Positions 1-13,289 of a stretch of 64,000 nucleotides of DNA are shown one piece after another; position 1 is the first letter of the stretch, and each line of letters starts with the position of its first letter. The translations under genes and the position numbers were made by a program. A model generated the notes under the pieces. That model was not told where the DNA came from, searched no databases, and saw nothing but the letters and a program-made list of their open reading frames with translations. The stretch lies in the NCBI RefSeq assembly GCF_006345805.1, contig NC_043004.1, positions 36,146,001 through 36,210,000 of the forward strand, given 5' to 3'. The stretch comes from Octopus sinensis (Eukaryota).

Positions 1-304
1 CCCACTGTCCTGTTTTTGTTACCAACATTGATCCTCTGCAAATCCCAAATTTTATTTTTATTTGCTTCATATTGTTGTTAAATGCTCGAAATGAGGAGTA
101 GATGGACATCAGACAACTGATGAAAGGTCGTACTTTATGTTACTTGTCTTGTTTTCCATTTCTTTACCTCATTTGTCTTTGTATTTCATTTTGTTTATGT
201 ATGTATGTACATATATGTATGTATATATGCATCTAGATATATTTTATTTATATTATTATATGACTGAATGCCACACATCCATTTCCAAGTAAGTTTATCT
301 TTTA

Positions 305-350
<46 letters not shown>

Positions 351-351
351 A

Positions 352-507
352 CAGTCTTACTTTAGTTTCTATCTACGATATCCATAGACATGACTTTGTT
401 CAGCCCAGGGCTATAGTAGAAGACACTTGGCCAAGGTGCTGTGCAGTGGGACTGAACATGAAACCAAGTGGTTAGGTAATGAACTTCTGAACCAGACAGC
501 CATACCA
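352..507 (-). mobile_element. tRNA-derived CORE-type SINE, 5' fragment (family A)
   Basis: Reverse complement matches the head of the full copy at 19271-19680 (GGCTGTCTGGTT..GGTTTCATGTTCAGTCCCACTGCACAGCACCTTGGCCAAGTGTCTTCTACTATAGCCC). Confidence 0.75.
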
Positions 508-1681
508 TGTAATTAATCAGCCCCTAAAACTTAATCTCAGTACCTACAACTGGTAAATACCTGCCACCAACAGCTACAGCTCTGTAGTACTGGTGGTGCT
601 GATGAGGTCACAATGTAGTTGGTTACTTCTGTTAGTGGGTCAGAAGCCAGTAAAATAAGCAAATAATCAACTGTGTTGATCATAGTGTGTAAAAGACAGT
701 TATTAATGAGGTGTAAAAGTTGAAGTTTGCAGTGGTAGGATTTGAATTCCAAATGTAATAAAATACAAAGAAATATCATAGTATTTCTTCCTTCCTTTGT
801 AAGTGTTTCTTTTGCTTATCACGTCAACAAACTGTGTTTCTTGGTTTAAGCAATGAACAAATTTCGTGCAAGCTATTATGTAATACAGTTTAAGTATCTA
901 TAAAAAGTGATGAAACCCAACAACCTGTCACATTTCAAAAAAAAATAAGCATGCTAGGAAACAAAACAAGAGTAAAAGTTTAAAATCTGCCTGCAAACCA
1001 AACTGTAAAAATGGTTTATTTTATCTCCAATAAATAAAGGGTTTCTTTTGCAAGCCAATGTAATTATTTGTTGGTTTGCACACCTTAGGACATAGCTACC
1101 ACAAACAGCAGGTAGAGCTTGCTACCTGAACTACTGTAGAAGTCAGAACTGTTGTCTTAGTGATTCTGTTCAATGATAGAAGTAGTTATATAAACAAGAC
1201 AACTGAGCTGAGGAAAGACTTTTAAAATGTACGAAAATCTCATTTACCTTCTGATATTGACTCCAATTTTTAGACCCTCACCCACGGCCTGTCATAACTA
1301 ACACTGTGATAAACATGATAATATTTCAACTCTGCAGACAAAACAAGACATAATTTGACAGTTTACTTTCTAAATATCATATGTGCCTAATATATAATAC
1401 CCCAAATATATATTAATAATTTTATTTATTCACAATGATGCTATAATTAAAGTGTGTTTCATTCTGAAAAGATTTTCTCCCAACAAACAGTGAATTTATT
1501 AATTATAGTTTTGGAATGGAACACTGCCTCGTATTTGCAGCTAAATATTTAAAGTGTTCATAAATATCTTTCAATAATAACAACCAGCTTTTGTGGGAAA
1601 GGTTGCTGTTATTGTTGCACTATCAACATCATCTCTGTCACTACAACCACCATTATCCCCTCCACCACTACTCCAGTGAAA

Positions 1682-1718
1682 GTTGCTGCTGCTACTGCTG
1701 CTGCTACTACTGCTGCTG

Positions 1719-1760
<42 letters not shown>
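1682..1760. repeat. Compound (TGC)n/(TAC)n microsatellite
   Basis: Seen directly; explains the poly-C/poly-Y ORF 1591-1890. Confidence 0.95.
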
Positions 1761-1761
<1 letters not shown>

Positions 1762-1965
1762 AACAAAAGTGTCTCTCTCACATCTTGGTTGAGTGGTTGC
1801 TTAGCCCCTGTTGAAAGATATTCCAAGTGCAACATCATCATTCCTTGTCCATCTAGGACTACAGTACCTAATGTCCTTCCCTTAAGATAGGATAATGTTG
1901 AGTGTAAGTTGAAGGAAATCTGAGTGTTAGTTTTTGCAAATCAAGTCACACCAATCAGGGTCTTT

Positions 1966-2001
<36 letters not shown>

Positions 2002-3624
2002 AAACCTCAGGCGACTCTCATGGTTAAAAATGCTACAACAATAATCCTGCCATCTTTTGTTCAGACCATATAAATGTAGGGCTACATTATCCAGTGTGTT
2101 TTTCCTTTTCTTAAGACAGTAAAGTGTGCATTGATAGCAGCTTGGTTTTTTCTTTCTAGCACATTAAGTAATTCCATGTATGCTCATTCTTTGGTGTATT
2201 GTGGTTGAGCCATTAGATATCAGAAAAGGTTATGAGTAGCAGAAACCTTTTCTCAAACAAATTGTAGGAATTTTCTAAATCTTTCCCATTTGTACAATTG
2301 TGCATAAATTGTTACAAAATATGAAAATAAAGATGCATTTTAGAAATAATAAATGATAATCTAGACTCTAGAGAACTGGTTTATTTACATCAACAGAGTA
2401 TCACAGCTTTGACAGAGAAATTGGGAAACACTTAGAGAAAAAATATTAGAGTAAACAATGAGTTCCTTGGGGACGGAAAGTAAAGAAAACTAGCTGTGAT
2501 CAAATAGATCAATAATCAAAGGAATTTAAGCCATGACTACCCGATCTTTGTTTTCAGAGATTCTCTAGTCTTGACTACATTTTCCAGATATCTATAGTAT
2601 TTTTCAGATGATAAGTTGTCATTTTGAGAGAGATTTGACTGGTATTTCTAGCAAGAATATCTTTTTTGGCTTATATAAATCAATGTAAACAACTTGCCAG
2701 TTTATTTCCTGCACCTGGGTGGCATTCAGCTAATACAACCAACAGCATACTATGTTCTCAACGGAATAGTCTATCTAGTTTCATGAAGTGTCACAGAGTG
2801 TGAGAAACAACAATTTTGTAACATTTGTAAAATTAATGAAAAGTTTATTACTCTATGTTGTTAAGTTGAACAACTTTGAAGAGACAAAGATAGAAATAGA
2901 AATTAATGAACCCATACGACCTCAGTCAGTGTGTAAAAAGGATAAAACAGCACCAGTCATGCTGGACTTTAGTGGATTGAAGTCAAGTCTCAGGTCTTTG
3001 GTTAATTTCCTCTCACCAGTCTCAAAGACCTTGAAGAAAATGTCATGGTCACTGCCCATATTTTAAAGATGATGACGATGATGATGGTGGTGGTCGTGAC
3101 AACATCAATGATGATGCTTAGCCCCAAGTCAGCACGAATCAAAGGCATTCCAGCCATGACTATTCCAACTTTTGTCACTCATCCTGTCATCTAATCCTAC
3201 AAGATCCAATGTGTCCTGTTGTTTTATTTAAATAATTAGATTGCGATTTGAGTGAGACATGGACACAGTTTTTAGTAGGTTGAAATATACTTGAAGTTTT
3301 CTCACTGACACCATGAAGATGATGATGTGTGTGTGTGTGGTGTTAAGGAGGATTGATAAACACGTAATACATGAATATTGACTGTAATGAGAACCTCGAC
3401 TGATATATTATTGGTAAAGAATTGATGGAGAACCAAGCAGTGTTACAACCTATCTGCAGTGACACAAATAAAATTAACCAATAAACTAAATGAGAAAATG
3501 ATGAAATTAAAAACAAATTAGATTTTAGAAGGAGGTGGGGAAGGAGGAATCTTCCTTTAATTACATTTACCTCTACATTTTCTTTCATTAACTGCTTTTC
3601 TTTCTTCTTTTTATGACTTATTTC

Positions 3625-3679
<55 letters not shown>

Positions 3680-4320
3680 ACACTCACACACATATATATA
3701 TGTATGTATGTATGTATAAACATATATATGTTTTTGTTTTTAGAGAAATATATTTTTCATGTGTGAACAATGTAGTTTTATATTGTTTTATATTGTTCTT
3801 CATCCTTTTAATTTTTTATTGTGAATGAAACTTGTTGACTTTTTGACTTCTTCAAGTTGGTCTTTGACATAAATTGATGTAAACATTTGAATTATAGCTA
3901 ATAAAAATACAAATAGCTTACTAGAGAAAGTAAGAGTTAATGGTTTAACCAATACTAAAATCAATGTATTGGCTGCTGATCACTTTATTAGATCAGATAA
4001 GTAAAAACACTAAATAAAATCCTGGCAAAAGTAGATATAAAAATAAAAGCAATAACATGATCTATAATAGAGATTTTTTTCAATAATTTGTATGATAATT
4101 ATAATTACAGTTGTTTATGAGACACAGTGCTGTGAGGTTAGAGCTGATATTTACCATGTCCATTGGTTCAAATGCTCCTTACAGCCAGCACATTATCACC
4201 ATAAAAGACGCTTTATTCTTTCCATTGCATATGGAAACCACAAATGAGTAATTGCTTCAGCAACTCATGAACAAATGATTTATTTTCTAAAACAGCTCAC
4301 CTGACATTTGTAAGTAATAT

Positions 4321-4716
4321 GGATGGAAATGGAAGCACTCCGCCGGTTTCAACGACGAGGGTTCCGATTGATCCGATTAAACGGAACAGCCTGCTCGTGA
4401 AATTAACGTGTAAGTGGCTGAGCACTCCACAGACACGTGTACACTTAACGTAGTTCTCGGGGAGATTCAGCGTGACACAGAGAGTGACAAGGCTGGCCCT
4501 TTTGAAATACAGGTACAACAGAAACAGGAAGTAAGAGTGAGAGAAAGTTGTGGTGAAAGAGTACAGCAGGGATCACCACCATCCCCTGCCGGAGCCTCGT
4601 GGAGCTTTTAGGTGTTTTCGCTCAATAAATACTCACAACGCCCGGTCTGGGAATCGAAACCGTGATCCTATGACCGCGAGTCCGCTGCCCTAACCACTGG
4701 GCCATTGCGCCTCCAC
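4321..4716 (-). mobile_element. tRNA-derived SINE, full length (family B)
   Basis: Minus-strand head GTGGAGGCGCAATGGCCCAGTGGTTAGGGCAGCGGACTCGCGGTCATAGGATCACGGTTTCGATTCCCAGAC has Pol III A/B boxes. Homologous copies at 20355 and 46639. Confidence 0.88.
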
Positions 4717-4861
4717 TGTAAGTAATATGTATACACATATATATATTGGACAATAAATCGTATGGTATACACCTGGTAGCTTACCAGTAAAGCACATTCA
4801 CTTTCACAGTGTTTGTTGGGTATTTGAATAATGAAAGAGATGGAAGATACAAAAATGTTCA

Positions 4862-5490
4862 TTAATCACTTGAATTGTTTCAACCAATCTCGCATCGATC
4901 CCTCATGGGTGGGATATGAAGCAACTGGTTTAGGAGTATCTGACGGTATAGATGTGTCTTTTCAGGTGATTGCAAGATGTATCCTGTCAAAATAACAACT
5001 GTTCTGCAAGATATCTTCTCAATTTGTGTATAGAAAAGCAGCAAATTAAAGGATATAGCTTCATTTTTTATATAAAATCAATAATAAATAAGCAACAATT
5101 ACACAATACATGTAATAAATGTAATAAATATTAGCATTAACAGATATAGATGTATAAACACCCTCGCCTAGGATGCATGGCACACATACACTCACTTGTA
5201 CAAACATCCATGAAGATATTAGCTTATTCACATCCATGGTTTTGTGCACATATGCTCACACAGTGAATTAAATTAGCTACTTATTGTTTATAATAATGGG
5301 GAGGCTAGAGTTAAATTCAATTCATCCATAGCTTAAGGTAAATTATGATTATTAATTTAGTTAATGGTTACTCAAATTCATTCCCACTGCATTGTGTTAA
5401 GTGCATTTATAAGCAGTTGTTAAGTATCCAACTCTTGAGGAATCGATGCTGGAGGGGTCGAAACAATTGTAGTGATTAATAATAAACATT
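4862..5490. other. Divergent inverted pair of degenerate Penelope-like terminal motifs
   Basis: 4862-4915 (-) and 5430-5490 (+) share TGAGG(A/G)ATCGATGC..GGT(C/T)GAAACAATT..AGTGATTAAT. The plus copy has GAAAC-AATT-GTA, resembling hammerhead stem III. Confidence 0.3.
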
Positions 5491-6616
5491 CTTGTATCTT
5501 CCATCTTCTATCTCCCTCATTCAAATATTGAGAGAGAGATGAGAATCAGCTATTCTCTATGTAGAATACACTTAGAAGTGCTCAAGAGATTTAAACTTGA
5601 ATGGGTTTAGAAGTAAATCTGGGGATAAGCAAGTTGGACAGGTCAATATATAAAGTACATTAAATACATGAAATACACAAAAAGTGTAAATATGTTTATA
5701 TACAAAAGGTCAATTTCATACCACTCTACATACCATGGCACCCCCCCCCATTCAATACCAACCCAATTCTTTTGTCGCACTAACAACTGTTATATTGACC
5801 GCCAACTCATCCCCCACTCTATCCCCCCTCTATCTTCTCTCATACCTCTCTACATACTTTAGTAATCTCCCTCAGTCACTGAACCAGTCAACTTATTTCC
5901 CTCAAAGAATGGCCATTCCCTTCCTCACTATCTCAACCATTAACTACAAAGACTTCATACAACTAACACAATTGATTACCATTCACATACAACCTACACC
6001 ACCCTCCTTTTTCCTCCTACCTTCCTCCTCTGTAATTCCCTATCAGCCTCTTTATTAATCCCTAACCCTTGAAATTTATTTTCTCCTCTCACTTTTCTCT
6101 ACCTGAATATCTCCCCAATTCCCTCCTCCAACACACTTCTCCACAAAATCATTCTATCTTTGAACTTCTTTCTTTCAACGCCTCAGATGTAAGATCTCTT
6201 CCCTGAAAACAGATTCTCATCTCATCTGACAATGGAGTCAATCTACAAGCATTATTTTGGACCACTGGGCTCCCAGAAACAGCTTTTGGATTTGTAACAC
6301 TTTCCTTCAACCCCTTTAATTCTCAATATCATTTCTATTCTGTGTAAGTCAGATCTTTTTGTATCTAAACATATATAAATTTTTTTATTTCACATATTAA
6401 ATATATTTTATATATTGACCTACCCAACTCGCTTATCCCTACATTTACTTATATATATATTTCTAATATTTTCAGTATGTGGTTTAAGTAACTTGTTGCA
6501 CAAAAATCCTTTATTATAATTATATAAATTTGTACCGAATATGGTCCTTTCCATACCGAAATTACTACTAGGTGAAATTTATTGATTTTATTAAATTAAT
6601 TATATTTCACCCTTTA

Positions 6617-6655
<39 letters not shown>

Positions 6656-6659
<4 letters not shown>

Positions 6660-6868
6660 TTTTCTACTATAAGGCACAAGGGTCGAAATTTTGAGGGAGG
6701 GGGCCACTCAATTAGATTGACCCCAGTACACAACTGGTACTTAATTTATCAATCCGAAAAGGTTGAAAGGCAAAGTTAACCTTGGTAGAATTTGAACTCA
6801 GAATGTAAAGACAGATGAAATACCACTAAGCATTTCACCTGGTGTGCTAACACTTCTGCCAGCTTGCA
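6656..6868 (-). mobile_element. tRNA-derived SINE with Nin/Deu-like central domain (family C)
   Basis: Minus strand has TTCTGAGTTCAAATTC (B box) followed by ACTTTGCCTTTCA..GATAAATTAAGTACCAGTTG..TACTGGGG. Many copies in the window. Confidence 0.82.
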
Positions 6869-7035
6869 TTATATATATATATATATATATATTGCTTTGG
6901 GAAAAAAATCAAGTAAAAATTAAATAAATAATTAAATCATGGAAAGAGATGAATAAAATATACGCTACAGCTGTAAGCTTATCAACTCAAAGTATTTGAG
7001 ACTATTAACAAATGATGATTCAATGTTCAAATATT

Positions 7036-7234
7036 CTTTTCTACCCCAAATTTTTGGGGAGGGGGGGCAGTCAATTAGATCAACCCCAGTACACAACTGG
7101 TACTTAATTTATCGACCCCGAAAGGATGAAAAGTAAAGTCGACCTCGGTGGAATTTGAACTTAGAATGTAATTACAGACGAAATATCAGTAAGCATTTCA
7201 CCCAGCATACTAACGATTCTGTCAGCTCACCACC
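7036..7234 (-). mobile_element. Family C SINE with 16-bp target-site duplication
   Basis: Same body as 6656-6868; TCAATGTTCAAATATT at 7020-7035 and 7235-7250. Confidence 0.88.
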
Positions 7235-9281
7235 TCAATGTTCAAATATTACAGAATCAAAGAAGGAGAAAATGTAATGATGGAAGTGGTCAAGTGGAAA
7301 CTACAGAAAAATGGTGAGAAAAAGATTGTTGATTTTCAGAACATGTCTCAAATTGATTTCTCATTTGTAAAGATTTGCTAAATAATAAAAGACAGTCCAC
7401 AACAAGAAATAAACAAGAAGTAGGTAATGAAATAGCAAAGATAGAAGCTGAAAACTAAAATGTCAGAAATTTCTTGCAGAGAGTTTTTCTGTGGTGTGTG
7501 TGCTTTGAAAATTACAAAGCAAATGTTTCAATCTATGGAAACAATTAAGAATGTCTCGTCTTGAATTAGAATTGTTCCTATTTTACACTGACATACAAAA
7601 AATTTTGGTTAAACTTAGCTTTCCTGAACTATTACCATGCTTTTAAGCAGGTGTGAAAGCAATGATAGACCAGTTCATATTAAAGGTAGTTTCACTTGTC
7701 CTCTTTAATCTTCAAATATTCTTTAACAGTCTGGTAGCACATTTCTTGCTTGGGTTGACCAAAAAGTATCCTTTGCTTACACTTAATTTCTCACAATCTA
7801 AAGTAAAATTTTGGCTTTGAGGTATGGTTCAATTCTACCTCGGTGCTGTATACTAATGAACTGACAAGGCGGCTTTGATTAAGTGGGTGGTGACAGCTTA
7901 AATTACCAGCTACTCTTAGTAATGGCATTACCGTTATTTAACTGATACTTCATGTTGAATTAATAGTGATGCTGAAATTTTTACAAAGGAAAGAAATCTT
8001 TACAGAAATTTTATTACTGTTCATATAGGACTTACATTTTTTCAAATAAAATTATTAAATCAAACTCTTTGGCTATATTTATACAAAACATTCAAGACAG
8101 AAACTGGATTATATCACAGGGTATTTCAATGTCTGTTTCTACATTTGAGAGCTAAAAGTGTGGTATTTATTCTATAGTATCTGAAAAATGTTTGGAACAA
8201 CTAATTGGTTTGTTTAAGATAGGGAAGCTTCTGCAAAAGCATGTATGCCTGAAGATATGAACTTATATATACATCGGCTAATATTGAAGACTAAAGTACA
8301 AATGATATTTGTTTGACGATTAAAATCACTATTAATATATTATTAAATAATCTTTCGTTAGGTTTGTAAAAAGAAAATGTTTGTTAGCATCTAAATATAA
8401 TGTTGTGCTAAGAAAATTAATTTTAACTAGGTTACTCTCAAAGTAAATTTTATTTGTAATTCGCAGAACATTGAAATACATATACATATAAATATTACAC
8501 ACACACACACACATATGTGCTAAATTACTATCTTCTTACTTCTGCTAATATCTATACCTTTGTAGATTTAAATATCTCAACATTGTCTCATTATCTTTTT
8601 AGTTTAACCTACTTAATCATATTAATAACCTGAAATTAATTATTGTTTCGTAATTGCTCAATCCAATATATGTATTCTTTCTTCCTCATTTAGTCTGGCA
8701 ATATTCTTTCTTTGATTATCAAATAGTTTATGTCACTTGCATTAAACAATATCAGAAACATGTGGCTGATTTTTCCAAAATCATTTATGAACCAGCTTTA
8801 AATATTCACACCATTCTCCTCCATACTTCCCTTATTTAGCAAATAACTACCTTTCATTTTAACTTCACTTACACTTACCTATAGATTTGTTAGTATCTCA
8901 TATGCAGGTTTTATTCAGTTTTCTGTTTTTGTACTCACTCCATTTATCTTATCGATTATCTCTTTTTGAATATTTCTCTTCAATAAAACAACCACTATCT
9001 GTTAGTGTCACCTTTATTAAATAAATGCTTTAACTCTGCAAGTCTCGTATTCAATACTTTTCTTTGATTCTGGTAAATTCCTCTCCTCCCAATAGACACT
9101 TTGAATTCTACATGCAAGCCTATATGTGTGGTGAGATGTATTATATCATATTATATCTTATGATATCATGTTGTATAACAGCACAGAATAATAAGTTGCT
9201 CCTAACCATCAGCATTTGTTTCCAAAATGAGGAATTGCATTAGATCACCTGATCACCTTTCCATTTACCTATCTGTGTGAT

Positions 9282-11942
9282 GTGTCATTACTCCCTCTGC
9301 TTCATTTCAACATTACGGGGTACAACCTCTTCCGTAAGGACCGCACTAACCGCCGTGGTGGTGGTGTGATGGTCTACATTCGTTCAAATTTTTTGGTAAT
9401 TCCTTGTGCCGATTTGAACGAATCACAAGAAGAAGTTTTTTTCTGTGACGTGCGTATGACCATGTCAACACTCCTGCTTGGCGTTGTTTATCGTCCCCCA
9501 AGTTACCATCGGGACACACAGCTTTGCAATGTCCTCCGAGCTGCTGCCAGGAAAACAGCCACTTATGTGTTTATTGCAGGCGATTTCAATCATCCTGAGA
9601 TCGATTGGGAGACCTTCCATTGGCCACAGAGTGCAAACGATTTTGTTGAGCTTGTGCTGGACTCAAACTGGTCACAAGTAGTCACCTCTCCAACAAGAGG
9701 CGACAACACCTTGGACCTGCTCTTCACCACAACTCCTGAAGCGGTTATCAATTGCACTACGGAGGAACCTCTAGGTGACTCTGATCATGCTATGATCATC
9801 GCCAATCTGGCTCTTGCGGGCAACGAAAACCTGAACCATCTACAATCTGCTTCCTTCGATTGGAAGAGAGCAGATTGGAACCTGTACCACACTGAACTAC
9901 AGCACCCAAACTGGCATGAATTCTACAACTCTGGAGATGTGAATACTATACTCCAGAGTATCCTGGACTCAATATGGGCAGCATGTGCAGCATCTGTGCC
10001 ACGTAAACAAAAAAAGAAGAACCGCCCCAAAAGGGCAATTTGGGAAACTTCAGCGGTCCGACTTGCCAGGAGGGAACGTCGGACTGCTGAACGGGAATAC
10101 AAGTTGCATAAATCAGACACCAACAGGAAGAAGCGGAATAAATCCTCCAACCATCTCAAGCAAGTGACAAAAAAAGCAGTGCTTGAATTTGAACAGTGCA
10201 TTGCAGCCAATCCTGACAGCAAGGTTTTCTGGAAATATGTGCACTCAAAGCAGAGACCTCACTCTCCAGTGGGCCCTCTTCGCAACCCTCACACAAACCA
10301 GATCACTGACGACCCCAAGGAATGCGCAGAACTCATTGCCAAGTACTATGCAAACATATTCACTGTTGAAAGTCAAAATGTACCATCTTCACCATCACTA
10401 ACAGCAAACTCCATAACAACTATGGAATTTACACCTGCAATGCTGCGACGTCACCTTCAAAATAAGCGCAACTATGCCTCCCCTGGTCTCGATGGAGTTA
10501 CATACCTGCTTCTCAAACGTGGCAGGCACTTCCTTTTACACCAGCTTTCTATTTTCTTCCAGTACTGTCTCAACAATGGTGCTACTCCGGAGCAGTGGAA
10601 AACTGCCAGTGTCATTCCTCTGTTCAAAAAGGGCGACCGCACATCACCTGTCAACTATCGCCCAGTCAGTCTCACTAGCTGTATTGCAAAACTGATGGAA
10701 TCGTGTGTCAGAGAAACACTCTGGAACTTCTGGAGCTCTCACAGTCTCATCCGACCCTCACAATATGGATTTGTCCCTAACTCCAGCTGCAGTGACCAGC
10801 TTGTCGAGTTCCTTGAGGACATTACTCAGAATACTGACAGTGGCTCATGGGTGGATGTTGTCTACCTTGACTTTGCTAAGGCTTTCAACTCTGTGCCACA
10901 CAAAAGGCTTATGGTGAAACTCTCTGCAATGGGTGTGGGGGATGACCTTTTTAACTGGTTGAAATCCTTCATCCTCAGCCGAAAGGAGGTAGTCACAGTT
11001 CTAGGACAGCACTCTACACCATATGAGATGTCATCGGGTGTACCACAGGGATCTGTCCTTGGTCCCCTCTTGTTTGTGGCATACATTAACGACATAGATG
11101 CCAATTTAAAGAATGCCACAGTATTGAAATATGCAGACGACATCAAGCTGTACCTTGAAATCAAGAGGACAGATCCTGATGTCTACAACTCTTTCCTGCA
11201 ATCAGACCTAGACACAATGCAGCAATGGATCACAGACTGGCAACTGAAACTGGCGGTGGACAAGTGTACCACCATGCATTTTGGGAGAAAAAACCCTGCG
11301 TTCACTTACTCCCTCCACAACACTGATATCAAGAAATCCTCTTGCGAGCGTGACCTAGGCATCACTGTCAACAGTGATTTGCGTTGGTCAAAGCATATCT
11401 CTAAGATTGTCAGGAAGGCCGAGGGTGTCTTGGCATCACTCAGCAGGTCTTTTGTTAGCCGCTCTCCAGCCATCTATTTAAAACTGTATACAGCTATGGT
11501 ACGACCACACTTGGAATTCGCATCATCAGTTTGGAACCCCTATCTTGCACAGAACATTGACCTCCTGGAATCTGTCCAGAGACGTGCAACCAAACGCATA
11601 CCCTCCATCAGACACCTACCATATTCTGAGCGCCTTGTTTCCCTGGGCATGGATTCACTGAAGCTCCGGCGTTTGGCGACGGACTTGGTAAACACCCACA
11701 AAGTTATCAACCACCTCACCAACAACAACACTGAACACCTTTTTGATCTCCATGTGTCTAACACACGTGGACATGCCTACAAAGTCAGAAAACAATACAG
11801 CTCCCATGACTTTCGGAAACATTTTTTCACGCTCAGAGTTGCTGAAGCATGGAATAAACTGCCTGCGTCAGTTGTTGACTGCCATGACACTGCATCTTTT
11901 AAGGCCCTCATGCTTTCTGAAATCCGCCGAAACTACACCTGA
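9282..11942 (+). CDS. LINE ORF2: partial APE endonuclease plus reverse transcriptase (886 aa, no internal stops)
   Basis: APE motifs GYNLFRKDR, GGGVMVY, GVVYRPP, IAGDFN, TLDLLFT, LGDSDH. RT motifs PGLDG, NYRPVSLTS, YLDFAKAF, SGVPQGSVLGPLLF, YADD, DLGI. The start is a GTG at the truncation point, not a true start. Confidence 0.93.
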   Translation: MSLLPLLHFNITGYNLFRKDRTNRRGGGVMVYIRSNFLVIPCADLNESQEEVFFCDVRMTMSTLLLGVVYRPPSYHRDTQLCNVLRAAARKTATYVFIAGDFNHPEIDWETFHWPQSANDFVELVLDSNWSQVVTSPTRGDNTLDLLFTTTPEAVINCTTEEPLGDSDHAMIIANLALAGNENLNHLQSASFDWKRADWNLYHTELQHPNWHEFYNSGDVNTILQSILDSIWAACAASVPRKQKKKNRPKRAIWETSAVRLARRERRTAEREYKLHKSDTNRKKRNKSSNHLKQVTKKAVLEFEQCIAANPDSKVFWKYVHSKQRPHSPVGPLRNPHTNQITDDPKECAELIAKYYANIFTVESQNVPSSPSLTANSITTMEFTPAMLRRHLQNKRNYASPGLDGVTYLLLKRGRHFLLHQLSIFFQYCLNNGATPEQWKTASVIPLFKKGDRTSPVNYRPVSLTSCIAKLMESCVRETLWNFWSSHSLIRPSQYGFVPNSSCSDQLVEFLEDITQNTDSGSWVDVVYLDFAKAFNSVPHKRLMVKLSAMGVGDDLFNWLKSFILSRKEVVTVLGQHSTPYEMSSGVPQGSVLGPLLFVAYINDIDANLKNATVLKYADDIKLYLEIKRTDPDVYNSFLQSDLDTMQQWITDWQLKLAVDKCTTMHFGRKNPAFTYSLHNTDIKKSSCERDLGITVNSDLRWSKHISKIVRKAEGVLASLSRSFVSRSPAIYLKLYTAMVRPHLEFASSVWNPYLAQNIDLLESVQRRATKRIPSIRHLPYSERLVSLGMDSLKLRRLATDLVNTHKVINHLTNNNTEHLFDLHVSNTRGHAYKVRKQYSSHDFRKHFFTLRVAEAWNKLPASVVDCHDTASFKALMLSEIRRNYT

Positions 11943-12021
11943 TTATATATACACTTTAGATGAGTTGTAGTGCACCTGAGCACTGTACACAATTATTATT
12001 ATTATTATTATTATATTATTA

Positions 12022-12058
<37 letters not shown>

Positions 12059-12060
12059 TT
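9282..12060 (+). mobile_element. 5'-truncated CR1/L2-group LINE with (ATT)n tail
   Basis: ORF2, short 3' UTR with hairpin AGTGC-ACCTGA-GCACT (11969-11984) and (ATT)n tail 11992-12060. GC content is clearly above the flanks. No ORF1 or 5' UTR upstream; no TSD found. Confidence 0.95.
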
Positions 12061-12362
12061 ACTTTTTTATTAAAATTCATTATCTTTTTATCATTGTTAT
12101 TTTTATTATTTATTCCTCTAGCCTGGTCTGACCAATTTACATTATCCTTCTATACTGTTATCTACCACCCTTCCTCATCCAGTCACTCTTCATTGTCATT
12201 CACAACTGTTCCTTGTTATCAACCCTTTCTACAATTAATCATCACTGTCTCTCTCTCTCTCTCTCGCCTCACTGTCACTCTATCCTCACTGTCTCTCTCC
12301 ATTTCTCTCTCACACTTTCTCTTTCTTTTTCTCCCCTCCTCCCTGTCTTTTTTCTTTCTTAT

Positions 12363-12393
<31 letters not shown>

Positions 12394-12775
12394 AGTAAAT
12401 ATGCTGCTGCCATCACTATCTCTCTTGCATTACTCTTCAACCATTGTTTCCCCAATTCCTTCCCTCCTCTTCTACACTTTCACCCTAACCCCCACCGTTT
12501 CCCCATTCATAATATCGCTTCTTTCTCTCTCTCGCCCAAATTCATCTTCTGCAATCTCTGCTACCAGTCCTATTGGTCGTGTTGCTTCAGATTGGTGGAG
12601 ACCAGGTAGAACAGTACAGGGCTGTTTATGGTGCCTTAATAAAACGTACCCAGTACACTTTGTACAGTTGTTACCAATTAAACAGAAACAACATAGGAGA
12701 GAAACTTTCAGTGTTGTCTTGTCAAAGACTTGACAACCTCTCTACAGTTAATGCCATGATAAATTGTGCTCATTA

Positions 12776-12969
12776 CACTCTGTGAAATAGTTGGTATTAG
12801 GAAGAACACCCAGCCATAAAAACGATGCCAAAAACGAAACATGTATGAGTAGAATGTGATGCTCAGATTTTCTAGGGGATGAGTACAGTGACTCAAAACT
12901 ATACAGATCAGGACTCATCCAGCTCTTGCCAGTATGGAAAGCAGATGTAAAATAATAATGATGATGATG
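12776..12969 (+). mobile_element. Decayed 3' part of family D SINE-like repeat
   Basis: GTTGGTATTAGGAAGAACACCCAGCC..CCAGTATGGAAAGCAGATGTAAAA followed by a (GAT)n tail. Confidence 0.6.
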
Positions 12970-13289
12970 CGGGAGTTCAATACATTAGCTAGAGACAAAA
13001 TGCTGGAATTCAGATAAACTCCATTAAGCTTTCAGGCAGTTGATTTTTTTATTTTTTCAATTAAGGCTTCTCTGGTCTATTAATCATTTATAACCAAGTC
13101 AGTAAATAAATATTCACATTAGCTCATAGTTTTAAATACATTAATGTGACCACATTTCTCGTTACATTTAATGTTAATATGTACAACATATAGTAACACA
13201 TACAACATAGAGCATATGCAGTATAGAAATCATAGCAGTCACATACATCATTTATATGGATACATAAATGATAAGCGTGATCATTGACA

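Noticed and set aside
2788-3066. 92-aa ORF as a host exon
   Set aside because: No convincing splice pair or recognisable homology.
6538-6580. Hammerhead-like strings (also about 20228-20275 and 42020-42075)
   Set aside because: GAAA and a hairpin are present, but the core or stem I does not fit. The 20.2-kb one may be a dead Penelope-like relic.
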